In this document: positions 55,315 to 64,000 of the stretch, piece after piece
How the letters are laid out: each line of letters begins with the position of its first letter
How positions within the stretch are numbered: the stretch's first letter is position 1
DNA from: Oscillospiraceae bacterium
Lineage (GTDB): Bacteria > Bacillota > Clostridia > Oscillospirales > CAG-272
DNA length: 64,000 nucleotides
Direction of reading: 5' to 3'
Assembly: GCA_015064255.1 (NCBI GenBank)
Contig: SVSP01000001.1
Span: 203,951-267,950 of the forward strand
The notes under the pieces: model-generated
Databases searched by the model: none
What the model saw: only the letters and a program-made list of their open reading frames with translations
What the model was told of the DNA's origin: nothing
Position numbers and translations under genes: made by a program

Positions 55315-56079
55315 TTATTTGCATTTTTTGTATTCTCTGTACTTTCTCGGAGAAACAGAAAAATTCTTTTTGAAGCAACGGCTGAAATAAAACGGATCGT
55401 CAAAACCGCATCGCTCGCTTATTTGTGATATTTGAAGATCGGTTTCGCTGAGCAGATCGCGTGCGAGCTCAAGACGCAGATTTGTGATGTACTGAAGAGG
55501 CGTAGTACCCGTAATATTGCGGAAATTTTGCAGAAATACGCTCTTTTTTATGCCAACACGCTCGAGCATATCGTTCAGAGTATATTCTCGGCAGGGATCT
55601 TCGTGAATGTATTCAAGGATTTTGCGGATCCGCATAACGCTTATCGGCTCGGTGTTCGTGTGAAGCCTTGTAAGATGCTCGCATATTATCTGCTGGAGTA
55701 TGATATTCAGCTTCCATCTGCGCAGATAATTGTTTTGCAGATATTCATCGTTCAGACGCTTGAAAAGAATATCGGCAAAGTGATGGTCTTCAAGATGTAC
55801 GTGTTCGGGAATATCGTCGATTATTTCATCACTTTCGCAGGTGAAATGTACTCCGTAAAGCACCATGTAGGGCTTTCGGGTGATCCATAGACTGTGCTTT
55901 ACGCCCGGTCTGAAAAATATCATATCTCCGGCACTTACCTGAATGTGTTTTTCTTCGATCGTGATGTCGCCGTAACCGCTTGCTATATATACTATCTCGT
56001 ACTCATTTATATATCTCGGAGCGATCTTCCATCCGTCAAAAGTGCTTCGGCGTATCATATGCTTTATTTGTACGTCCAA
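55315..56079 (-). CDS. AraC-family transcriptional regulator
   Basis: Cupin-like N-domain and C-terminal 'ISQISERCGFDDPFYFSRCFKK' HTH. Divergent from the URO-D-like gene. Confidence 0.8.
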   Translation of the reverse strand: MDVQIKHMIRRSTFDGWKIAPRYINEYEIVYIASGYGDITIEEKHIQVSAGDMIFFRPGVKHSLWITRKPYMVLYGVHFTCESDEIIDDIPEHVHLEDHHFADILFKRLNDEYLQNNYLRRWKLNIILQQIICEHLTRLHTNTEPISVMRIRKILEYIHEDPCREYTLNDMLERVGIKKSVFLQNFRNITGTTPLQYITNLRLELARDLLSETDLQISQISERCGFDDPFYFSRCFKKNFSVSPRKYREYKKCK

Positions 56080-56213
56080 AATTTTCCTACCTTCCGTCTT
56101 TTACTTGGATCATTATATCGGAATTTTGTCCATTTGTCAATCAAATTTATATGGAATTTTAAATGATTTGAGTTATAATAAAACTATGCTGATATACTTG
56201 GAGGTGTAACGCT

Positions 56214-57329
56214 ATGATTTGGAACAGAGAACAGTATATTGCTCACTGTAATTTTGAATTTACGGGCAGAGAATTTTTCTGTGAGCTTTTCGGACCGCTT
56301 ATCGGACTTGACGACGAGTGGAGAGCACAGGGCGCAAGCGAAAAAGAAATTGCTATGACCGCGTTTGATTGGGACTACGTTAAATATACGTGGCTTGCTG
56401 CGGGCGCGGGCGCAGTAACGGGACTGAGCCCTGTGATACTTGAGGATACTCCCGAATATACCATATCGGTAGACCGTATGGGACGTAAGCAGAAGCTTAT
56501 TAAAAAGAGTGCGACAATACCGCTTCCCGTATCTTTCCCCGTAGAAACGATGGATGATTGGCTTAAAATCAAGCATTGGTACACATTCGATGAGTCGAGA
56601 ATCAGTTATGAAAAGCTGAAATACCAAAAAGAGCTTCGTGATAAAGGTTGTCTTACACTTTGGGGAATTCCGGGAGGATTTGATGAGCCGAGAGAGCTTA
56701 TGGGCGAAGAAAATCTGTGTATCGCATACTACGAAGAGCCCGAGCTTATCAAGGATATGCTTGATACTTTCACCGATACCGCAATTAAGATCATTGAACG
56801 TATCTGCGAGATAGTACCGATAGATAATCTTTCTATCCACGAGGATATGGCAGGAAAATCGGGACCTCTTGCGGGACCGCTTCAGATAAAAGAGTTTATG
56901 CAGCCTTATTACAACAAGGTATGGGACTGCGCAAAGTCATACGGCGCAAAGATCTTTTCGCAGGACAGCGACGGCGATATGACTCCGGTAATCGATGCAT
57001 TTCTCGATTGCGGAATAAACTGCTTCTATCCGCTTGAGCCTGCGGCAGGAATGGATATGGTAGAGCTTCGTAAGAAATACGGTAAACAGTTCTGCTGTAA
57101 AGGCGGAATAGATAAGCACGTGCTTCGCCGCAGTAAAGAAGAAATACGCGCAGAACTTGAATATAAGATGTCAGAGCCTATGCGCGGCGGAGGTACGATA
57201 TTTGCACTTGACCACCGTATTCCCAACGGAGTACCGATCGAAAATTACCGTTACTACGTAAACTACGGAAGAGAACTTCTCGGATTGCCCCCGATCAGCG
57301 AAGAGGGATGGGCAAGAATGGCGTTTTAA
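56214..57329 (+). CDS. Uroporphyrinogen-decarboxylase (URO-D) superfamily protein of unknown substrate
   Basis: 371 aa TIM-barrel-like protein with the pattern 'LSIHEDMAGKSGPL ... SQDSDGD ... FYPLEP ... FALDHRIPNG', typical of non-heme URO-D/MtaA-like paralogs. Confidence 0.55.
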   Translation: MIWNREQYIAHCNFEFTGREFFCELFGPLIGLDDEWRAQGASEKEIAMTAFDWDYVKYTWLAAGAGAVTGLSPVILEDTPEYTISVDRMGRKQKLIKKSATIPLPVSFPVETMDDWLKIKHWYTFDESRISYEKLKYQKELRDKGCLTLWGIPGGFDEPRELMGEENLCIAYYEEPELIKDMLDTFTDTAIKIIERICEIVPIDNLSIHEDMAGKSGPLAGPLQIKEFMQPYYNKVWDCAKSYGAKIFSQDSDGDMTPVIDAFLDCGINCFYPLEPAAGMDMVELRKKYGKQFCCKGGIDKHVLRRSKEEIRAELEYKMSEPMRGGGTIFALDHRIPNGVPIENYRYYVNYGRELLGLPPISEEGWARMAF

Positions 57330-57350
57330 TTTCGCCTGATTATTTTGATA

Positions 57351-57386
57351 AAAGCTCTTACAGCAGACAGCTGTAGGAGCTTTTTT
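57351..57386 (+). terminator. Strong intrinsic terminator between the URO-D-like gene and the GRE activase
   Basis: AAAGCTCTTACAGC-agaca-GCTGTAGGAGCTTT followed by TTTTTT. Confidence 0.8.
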
Positions 57387-57399
57387 GTATTGACGTATA

Positions 57400-57428
57400 T
57401 TGACATCGCTGATGAATGATGATATAAT
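57400..57428 (+). promoter_or_regulatory. Consensus sigma-A promoter of the activase-GRE operon
   Basis: TTGACA, 17 nt spacer, TATAAT, 31 nt upstream of the ATG at 57459. Confidence 0.7.
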
Positions 57429-57458
57429 TTCGGTAGAGATTGTATTTGCGGTGAGGTG

Positions 57459-58292
57459 ATGACCTTGAAGGGTACTGTTTTTGATATACAGCGTTTTTCG
57501 GTGCACGACGGTCCGGGAATAAGGACTACTGTCTTTATGAAGGGATGTCCGCTTCGCTGCAGATGGTGTCATAACCCCGAAGGACTTTGCAGAGGGCTTC
57601 AGCTTCAGTTTTTTGAAGAAAAATGTATAGGATGCCGCAGATGCGGAAAGCGTGAAACTCTCGCTGATGCGGAAAAATGTCCTGCAGAAGCGCTCAAGGT
57701 CTGCGGAAGAGAAATATATGAAGATGAAATCATAAGCGAGATATTGAAGGACCGCATATTTTACGGAGAAAATGGCGGAGTCACATTTTCGGGCGGAGAA
57801 TGTCTTCTTCAAGCTGATTTTGTTGCATCTGTGCTGAAAAAAGTAAAATCACTCGGACTTCATACGGCAGTAGATACGTCGGGATGCGTAGCGTGGAGCG
57901 AAATCGGAAAAACGCTTGATTTTTGCGACCTTTATCTGTATGACGTGAAATGTATAGACTCTTCGGTGCATAAAGAATATACGGGCGCAGATAACTCTCT
58001 TATCCTTGAAAATCTGAAAAAGCTGTCAGATACGGGAAAAGATATATGGATTCGTGTGCCCGTGATTCCCGATTTTAATAACAGCGTCGGAGAAATGACA
58101 AATATAGCCGACCTTGTAAAAGAACTGACATCGGTAAGCCAAGTGACACTTATGCCGTATCATACACTCGGAGCAAGTAAATACAGAACGCTCGGTATGA
58201 AATATCGGTACGATGCTTCAAAAAAAATATCAGCCGAGGAGCTTGAAGCATATCGAAAAATATTTATTGACAGAAATCTTGCCTTGACATAA
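57459..58292 (+). CDS. Glycyl-radical enzyme activating protein (radical SAM)
   Basis: 'FSVHDGPGIRTTVFMKGCPLRCRWCHNPE' (CxxxCxxC) plus one ferredoxin-like insert 'CIGCRRCGK...KCP'. Confidence 0.85.
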   Translation: MTLKGTVFDIQRFSVHDGPGIRTTVFMKGCPLRCRWCHNPEGLCRGLQLQFFEEKCIGCRRCGKRETLADAEKCPAEALKVCGREIYEDEIISEILKDRIFYGENGGVTFSGGECLLQADFVASVLKKVKSLGLHTAVDTSGCVAWSEIGKTLDFCDLYLYDVKCIDSSVHKEYTGADNSLILENLKKLSDTGKDIWIRVPVIPDFNNSVGEMTNIADLVKELTSVSQVTLMPYHTLGASKYRTLGMKYRYDASKKISAEELEAYRKIFIDRNLALT

Positions 58293-58307
58293 CTGAGGAG
58301 GTTTAAA

Positions 58308-60500
58308 ATGACGAGAACAGAATTTTTAAGAGAACAGACCGTTTCGGGCGCAAACAAATGCAGAAGAACGCCATATACGCATATGTCCGTGGCTGATGAA
58401 AATTGCGGAATTGTCGAAAGAAAGGCACTTGCTCTGAAAAAGCTTTTTGACAATATGCCGGTATATATAGGTCCAAAAGAGCTTATAGTCGGAACAAGAA
58501 CGCTTTTTCCCGCAAATCGCGGAAACGAAGACGGTCACAGCTGCTTTGAGTACGGACTCGGCACACCTGTTGAATATATAAACAGTCAGGATATTGAGCT
58601 TTTCGGATGTAATCAGAGCTACAGAAATAAAACTCATTTCGCTCCCGATTTTTCTATAATACTCGATAAGGGTATTGACGGCATTATAAACGAGGCAAAT
58701 GAAAAGAAAAAAGAAGAAGGACTCAATTACGTAAATGTTGATTTTCTCTCGGGTGTCGCTGTTGCTTACAGCGGACTTAAGGGACTTATTCTCAAGTATG
58801 AAAAAGAAGCGCTTTCTCTTGCGGAAAAAGCGGACGGCGATGATAAAGCCGAGCTTCTTGAAATAGCGAGAATTTGCGGGAAAATAAGCGGAGAGAAGCC
58901 CGAAAGCTTTCGTGAAGCCGTTCAGCTTCTTTGGTTTACGCATCTCGGAACGATAATAGAAAGCTTTGAGTTTATAAACTACGGCAGGCTTGACGTTATT
59001 CTCGGTAAATTCCTTGGAGATACAGACAGGGAAGAGGCACAGCAGATAATAGAATGTCTGCTTCTTAAGATGTATGACCAGGCTGATCTTGTTGCTACGT
59101 ATCTTAAAAACTACGCCGCACAGCTTGTAGTTACACTCGGAGGCGTTTTGCCAAACGGTGAAAATGCGGTAAACGAAGTTACGATGATCTTCCTCGAAGC
59201 AATAAAAAAAGTTCACCTTCCCGAGCCTGAATTCAATTTGCGTATAAACAGTAAAAATCCGCCCGAATTTCTCGATAAAGCCTCAGAAGTTTCTCTTTCG
59301 GGATGCAACCACGTGTCGTATTATAATGATGATATGTTCATTGAAAGTATGTGCATAGCAGGTGTTGCGCCGGAATATGCGCGCGACTACGGATTTGATC
59401 TTTGTCAGGATATGAATATACCGGGAAAGAGCGATTTCTATCTTATAGGAAGTACGTCGCTTGCATATCTGCTTATGGATTTTCTTAAAGCCAAACGCAA
59501 TTTTGACAGCTTTGAAGATCTTCTTGCGGAATACAAAGCAAAAATGGCAGAGCATATCGCTTTTGTGATAAACAGATATAATGATGCAGAGGCACATCTT
59601 GCACTTTACGCCGAAGGAAAGTTTGACGAGTATTTTGACGGCATAAAAAATCACGGAAAGCCTGTTGATTGCGGAGGAAGAAGTCCGATGGCACCGCTTC
59701 CACTTATCAGCGTACTCTATGAAGGCTGTATGGAAAAGGCACTCGACCTAAATCTTGATCCGCTTCCGATAACGGAAAAAGGATATATGCTCGGCACTCC
59801 GACAGAAGCAATAAACTCGCTTGCGGCAATAAAGAAGACCGTTTTTGACGATAAACGCTATACTCTTGATGAAATATTTACCGCTTGCGAATCAAATTTC
59901 GATGGCGAGAACGGTGAGATCATAAAAAATGTTCTTCGCTCCTGCCCTAAATGGGGTAACGACGATGATTACGTTGACAGCATCGCAAAGGATATTCTTG
60001 AGTTCGGTCTCAGAGAATGTGATAAATATAAGACTTCAAAAGGCGGTCAGGTGCTTGGAGGAATACATCAGCCTCACCCCGTTTCAACCGGTTGGGGACT
60101 TATGGCAACTCCGGACGGAAGACCAAGCGGTGCTCCCGTTGCGGTGACTCTTACTCCGGCAAGCGGAACTATGAAGAACGGACCGACGGCGGCACTTGCA
60201 TCGGCATCGAAGATAGACCCGATGCTCGTTAAATGGAATTACTGCGTAATGGTAAATTATTTCGCTTCGGTATTCAAGGGAAATAACGGAAAGGAAATAT
60301 TCAAAACACTTCTGAGAGGATATTTCAAAGCGGGCGGACTTCAGCATCAGCCGAACATTTCGGACGTTGAGGAACTTAAAAAAGCACAGCTTGAGCCCGA
60401 AAAATATAAAGACCTTATCGTTCGTCTTTGGGGCGTTTCGGCTCACTTTGTAGATCTTTCAAAAGAATTACAGGACGAAATGATAGCAAGATTTGCCTGA
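58308..60500 (+). CDS. Glycyl-radical enzyme (PFL2/dehydratase-like clade), substrate unknown
   Basis: C-terminal glycyl motif 'IVRLWGVSAHF' (Gly709, nt 60432-60434), 'ATPDGRPSGAP' block, and Cys loop 'ARDYGFDLCQDMNIPGK' (Cys366, nt 59403-59405). Confidence 0.85.
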   Translation: MTRTEFLREQTVSGANKCRRTPYTHMSVADENCGIVERKALALKKLFDNMPVYIGPKELIVGTRTLFPANRGNEDGHSCFEYGLGTPVEYINSQDIELFGCNQSYRNKTHFAPDFSIILDKGIDGIINEANEKKKEEGLNYVNVDFLSGVAVAYSGLKGLILKYEKEALSLAEKADGDDKAELLEIARICGKISGEKPESFREAVQLLWFTHLGTIIESFEFINYGRLDVILGKFLGDTDREEAQQIIECLLLKMYDQADLVATYLKNYAAQLVVTLGGVLPNGENAVNEVTMIFLEAIKKVHLPEPEFNLRINSKNPPEFLDKASEVSLSGCNHVSYYNDDMFIESMCIAGVAPEYARDYGFDLCQDMNIPGKSDFYLIGSTSLAYLLMDFLKAKRNFDSFEDLLAEYKAKMAEHIAFVINRYNDAEAHLALYAEGKFDEYFDGIKNHGKPVDCGGRSPMAPLPLISVLYEGCMEKALDLNLDPLPITEKGYMLGTPTEAINSLAAIKKTVFDDKRYTLDEIFTACESNFDGENGEIIKNVLRSCPKWGNDDDYVDSIAKDILEFGLRECDKYKTSKGGQVLGGIHQPHPVSTGWGLMATPDGRPSGAPVAVTLTPASGTMKNGPTAALASASKIDPMLVKWNYCVMVNYFASVFKGNNGKEIFKTLLRGYFKAGGLQHQPNISDVEELKKAQLEPEKYKDLIVRLWGVSAHFVDLSKELQDEMIARFA

Positions 60501-60525
60501 GTGAAATACGGTTGTAAATAAAACT

Positions 60526-60554
60526 AAAGGATGAGATTTTTCTCATCCTTTTTC
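60526..60554 (+). terminator. Intrinsic terminator of the GRE operon
   Basis: AAAGGATGAGA-ttttt-CTCATCCTTT followed by TTC. Confidence 0.8.
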
Positions 60555-60594
60555 GTTTGCGGAATTTGAATATCCATAATAAACCAAAATTATA

Positions 60595-60624
60595 TTGACT
60601 TATAAAATAAATGTGTGCTATAAT
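60595..60624 (+). promoter_or_regulatory. Sigma-A type promoter
   Basis: TTGACT, 18 nt spacer, TATAAT with an extended -10 TG. Confidence 0.55.
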
Positions 60625-60668
60625 AAACTGAAATAAGTTTATATTGACGTTACGGTAAGGAAAAGCAA

Positions 60669-61727
60669 ATGGAAAAAATATTTGACATTACAAAGTTCGG
60701 TGCGGTTGGTGACGGAGTCTTCGACTCGACCGAGGCAATACAAAACGCTCTCGATGAAGCTTCAAAATGTATGGGTAGCGTTATCGTGCCTCCGGGAAAA
60801 TATATGGTTTCAAAGCTTAAAATGTACGGTCAGGGAGTCTCTCTCGTCGGAACTTCGGCGTGGAGCTTCAGAAGCGACGGAGCAAGTGTGCTTCTCCTTA
60901 ATGACAAAAACGTTGACTGCCTTATCGATATCAGCGGTGCTTTTGGGTGCAGTATAAAAGGAATATGCCTTGATGGAAGAAATCTCGGCAATAATATTCA
61001 CGGTATAAAGCTTTATTGGGATAAATACAATGGCGGCTCGGAAGAGGATACTCCTACGGTCGATGATTGCCGAATAGGTAGCTTTTCGGGTGACGGTCTT
61101 CATTTTGAGCACGTTTGGTGCTTTTCTGTCAGACATTCAATGATCCATAGAAATGGCGGAGCAGGTCTGTATATAGACGGCTGGGATGCGTTTGTCCTCG
61201 ACAATTGGTTTACGGCAAATAAAAACGGCGGAATTATGGGTGGTCCGGTAGTTGCCTCTGTTACTTGTACGGGAAATCGCGTTGAATGGAACCGTCGCGG
61301 CGGCTTTATTCTTCCGAGCGGTGATAGCTATAATATTACAGGTAATTTCTTTGACAGAAGCTTCGGACCTGCACTTGAACTCGGAAGTGAAAATAAAAAG
61401 GTGCATACCGTTGCCGTAACAGGCAATATATTCAGAAGAAGCGGTGCACTTGCAGACGGGGAATCTTTTGAAGAAGCTTGCCACAGCTCACACGTTTATA
61501 TGAGAAACTGTATCGGAACGGTCGTGAGTGCAAATACTATGCGTGTCGGACGCAACGATAACGGCAAGGGCGTGGAAAGTCCCGATTACAGCTTCATAAT
61601 AGAAAACTGTGAAAACTGCGTTATAAAGGATAATACTATGTACTACGGTGCGCTTGCACAGAATATCGTTCTGCGCGGTAATAACGAGTCGTGCGTTATA
61701 TCAGATAATATAGGAAACGTGAAATAA
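60669..61727 (+). CDS. Right-handed parallel beta-helix protein (pectate-lyase-3/GH28-related fold)
   Basis: N-terminal 'ITKFGAVGDGVFDSTEAIQNALDEA' and repeated 'G..I..N' coil pattern. No signal peptide. Confidence 0.6.
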   Translation: MEKIFDITKFGAVGDGVFDSTEAIQNALDEASKCMGSVIVPPGKYMVSKLKMYGQGVSLVGTSAWSFRSDGASVLLLNDKNVDCLIDISGAFGCSIKGICLDGRNLGNNIHGIKLYWDKYNGGSEEDTPTVDDCRIGSFSGDGLHFEHVWCFSVRHSMIHRNGGAGLYIDGWDAFVLDNWFTANKNGGIMGGPVVASVTCTGNRVEWNRRGGFILPSGDSYNITGNFFDRSFGPALELGSENKKVHTVAVTGNIFRRSGALADGESFEEACHSSHVYMRNCIGTVVSANTMRVGRNDNGKGVESPDYSFIIENCENCVIKDNTMYYGALAQNIVLRGNNESCVISDNIGNVK

Positions 61728-61771
61728 TTATCCCACATAATATTTTTTAATAATGTTAGAAAGACAAAAAT

Positions 61772-63121
61772 ATGTTGTTTACAAAAGATAAAAGCTTCTA
61801 TAAAAATCTTTTTCTGCTTGCGCTTCCGATAGCACTTCAGAATTTCGTTACCTTTTCTGTGAACCTTGCGGACAGCGTAATGGTTGGCTCACTCGGCGAT
61901 GCGGCTGTCGGAGGAATGTATATGGGCAATCAGATACAGACTCTTCTGCAGGTCTTCAGCGGCGGTATTGAAGGCGCGATACTTATACTTGCGGCGCAGT
62001 ATTGGGGAAAACGGGATACCGCATCAATACGAAAGATAGTCGGTATAGGTATCAAGTTTTCGCTGGCGGTCGGGGCGCTTCTTACCGTCATATGCGCGAT
62101 AATTCCCAAAACCGTCATATCACTTTTCACAAATGACGGCGCGGCGATAAAAACGGGCGCAGAGTATCTCGGCATAGTTTGCTTCTCGTATATCTTTTTC
62201 TGTATTACACAGTCGCTTATCGCGGCTATGCGAAGCGTTGAGATCGCAAGAATAGGTCTTTACGTTTCTCTTTGTTCACTTGTAACAAACGTAGGACTTA
62301 ATTACCTGCTTATTTACGGAAAACTCGGATTTCCCGAGCTCGGCGTAAAAGGTGCGGCAATAGCAACGCTTGCGGCGAGAATGCTCGAAACCGCTATTAT
62401 TGCATTTTACGTTTTCGTGCACGATAAGCGTCTTAATCTGCGTATTAAAGATATTCGCGGAATGGACAAGGCTCTTTTGCGTGATTTTATAAAATACGGC
62501 TCGCCGATAATTGCAGGACAGCTCGTGTGGGCAACGAATATGCTTGCAAACTCTGCGATAATGGGCAGACAGACAGAAGAAGGCGTAGTTGCCGCGATGA
62601 GTATAGCGGGTACCGTAAATAATCTCGCGTACGTCGTTATGAACGGAATGTCGGGTGCTGTCGGTATAATAACGGGCAAGACGATAGGTGCGGGACTTGA
62701 AGAAAAAATGCGTGAATACGCAAAGACCGTGCAGATAATATTCATTTCTCTCGGTGTTCTTACCGGACTTACGGTATTTCTTATAAAAGATCCGTTTATA
62801 TCTATGTACGGCGTAAGCGCCGCTGCCGTTGCGGAAGCAAGAAAATATATAAACGTGCTTTCGGTGACTCTTATAGGTACTTGCTATCAGGCTGCCTGCC
62901 TTTTCGGACTTGTAAAAAGCGGCGGAGATATTTCGTTTGTGTTCAAAAACGATTTTATTTTCGTGTTTTTCGTCGTGCTTCCGTCAGCTCTGATAGCGAC
63001 AAGCCTCGGCGCACCTGCGTGGGTGGTATTTGCCTGCCTTAAGTGCGATCAGATACTGAAATGCTTTGTGGCGGTAGTAAAAATCAACCGATATAATTGG
63101 ATGAAAAATCTTACGAGATAA
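61772..63121 (+). CDS. MATE-family efflux transporter
   Basis: 449 aa, with 'LALPIALQNFVTFSVNLADSVMVGSLG'. 12-TM-like. Confidence 0.8.
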   Translation: MLFTKDKSFYKNLFLLALPIALQNFVTFSVNLADSVMVGSLGDAAVGGMYMGNQIQTLLQVFSGGIEGAILILAAQYWGKRDTASIRKIVGIGIKFSLAVGALLTVICAIIPKTVISLFTNDGAAIKTGAEYLGIVCFSYIFFCITQSLIAAMRSVEIARIGLYVSLCSLVTNVGLNYLLIYGKLGFPELGVKGAAIATLAARMLETAIIAFYVFVHDKRLNLRIKDIRGMDKALLRDFIKYGSPIIAGQLVWATNMLANSAIMGRQTEEGVVAAMSIAGTVNNLAYVVMNGMSGAVGIITGKTIGAGLEEKMREYAKTVQIIFISLGVLTGLTVFLIKDPFISMYGVSAAAVAEARKYINVLSVTLIGTCYQAACLFGLVKSGGDISFVFKNDFIFVFFVVLPSALIATSLGAPAWVVFACLKCDQILKCFVAVVKINRYNWMKNLTR

Positions 63122-63149
63122 AATAATATCATATATAGGAGAAATCAAA

Positions 63150-64000
63150 GTGAAAAAGATAAGAATAGCACAAATAGGAGTTAACAGATTAAGCCACGCT
63201 CCCGAAATTTTTACTACGCTGAAATCGCTTCCCGAAATTTTCGATGTTGCGGGATATGCCATTGTCGAAGACGAAAGAGAAACCTGTGCAAATAAGATGT
63301 GGTGCTTCGAGGGGTATCCCGAGCTTACTCTCGACGAGATACTGAACGACCCGACAATAGAAGCCGTGACGATCGAAACCGACGAGATACATATTACAAA
63401 ATATGCGCAGATGGCGGCAGAGCACGGAAAGCATATACATATGGAAAAGCCGGGCAGTCAGTCGCTTGCTGATTTTGAAAAGCTTATCGAAACAGTAAAG
63501 GCAAACGGCAAAGTCTTTCATATAGGCTATATGTACCGATACAATCCGTATATAAGCGATGCGATAAGCAGAGCAAAAAACGGAGATTTCGGAAAAGTTT
63601 TCAGCGTTGAAGCACAGATGAGCCGTATGGACAGCGAAGATAACCGTAAATGGCTCGGAAGCTTCAAGGGCGGTCATATGTTCTATCTCGGATGCCATCT
63701 AATTGACCTTGTGCTTCAGGTGCAGGGTGAGCCCGATAATATTATACCGCTTAACTGCTCGATAGATCCGGAAAATATAGGTACGGAAGATTATGCGATT
63801 GCCCTTATGCAGTATCCGAACGGCGTTTCTTTTGTGAAGATCGCGACAGAGGTGGCGGGCTTTATTCGCAGACAGCTCGTAATCAGCGGAACCAAGGGAA
63901 CAGCCGAGATAAAGCCGCTTGAGATCGGTGTAAAAAGAGAAGAGGGTATGGTGCCTTATCCCAACCGTACGCAGAGAAGAATATCCTTTAGTGATAGCGA
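63150..64000 (+). CDS. Gfo/Idh/MocA-family oxidoreductase, N-terminal part (3' end outside window)
   Basis: Not in the ORF track because it has no stop. GTG at 63150, 7 nt after AGGAG. My translation reads VKKIRIAQIGVNRLSHAPE...HIHMEKPG... and stays open to the window end. Confidence 0.7.
   Translation, partial: MKKIRIAQIGVNRLSHAPEIFTTLKSLPEIFDVAGYAIVEDERETCANKMWCFEGYPELTLDEILNDPTIEAVTIETDEIHITKYAQMAAEHGKHIHMEKPGSQSLADFEKLIETVKANGKVFHIGYMYRYNPYISDAISRAKNGDFGKVFSVEAQMSRMDSEDNRKWLGSFKGGHMFYLGCHLIDLVLQVQGEPDNIIPLNCSIDPENIGTEDYAIALMQYPNGVSFVKIATEVAGFIRRQLVISGTKGTAEIKPLEIGVKREEGMVPYPNRTQRRISFSDS

Noticed and set aside
57400-60554. GRE as the known fucose/rhamnose-linked propanediol dehydratase with a microcompartment.
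   Set aside because: No BMC shell, PduL/PduP-like or aldehyde dehydrogenase genes are present. The protein is about 100 aa shorter than that enzyme, and its Cys loop lacks the GCxE of dehydratases.
63189-63698. A 169-aa minus-strand ORF near the window end.
   Set aside because: It is antisense to a well-supported Gfo/Idh/MocA CDS (GTG 63150, RBS AGGAG, EKP motif). The ORF track omits that CDS because it has no stop in the window.

Overview
The window looks like chromosomal DNA from a low/moderate-GC anaerobic Firmicute (Clostridia-like), judged from GGAGG ribosome-binding sites, sigma-A type promoters and hairpin/T-tract terminators. All family calls come from motifs read in the supplied translations; no database search was possible.

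Content, in order:
1. 0.6-3.7 kb: a dihydroorotase-like gene, a sugar-phosphate isomerase and an Mrp/NBP35 gene.
2. 4-12.5 kb: a 10-gene [FeFe]-hydrogenase locus. hydC, a HATPase-like gene, a 2Fe-2S ferredoxin, hydB and hydA are preceded by an uncharacterised module: DRTGG, kinase-like, HydS-like, DRTGG, PHP.
3. Scattered glycan-processing genes whose products all lack signal peptides: GH29 x2, GH127, GH78, a CE15-like esterase, a clan GH-A enzyme, two tandem BNR/sialidase-like genes, a beta-helix protein and two giant DUF5107-like/TPR paralogs. Regulators are AraC x2, DeoR and a LacI-sensor/LuxR-HTH hybrid.
4. 29.6-34.8 kb: an ABC-exporter pair with N-terminal zinc-ribbon domains flanking a DUF1854-like gene.
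5. 35.3-36.9 kb: an IS1634-like gene that appears catalytically degenerate.
6. Housekeeping and transport genes: P-type ATPase, RidA, an XRE-TPR regulator, murD, a cation:proton antiporter and two MATE pumps.
7. 49.66-50.1 kb: tRNA-Gln(CUG) followed by a 162-163 bp tandem repeat that re-copies the tRNA 3' end.
8. 57.4-60.5 kb: an orphan glycyl-radical enzyme with its activase.

Best candidates for undescribed biology:
- the glycyl-radical enzyme with an atypical Cys loop
- the ABC/DUF1854 module
- the hydrogenase-linked putative sensor module
- the DUF5107 loci
- the tRNA-linked tandem repeat
- a duplicated hairpin/insert element at 29.4-29.6 kb
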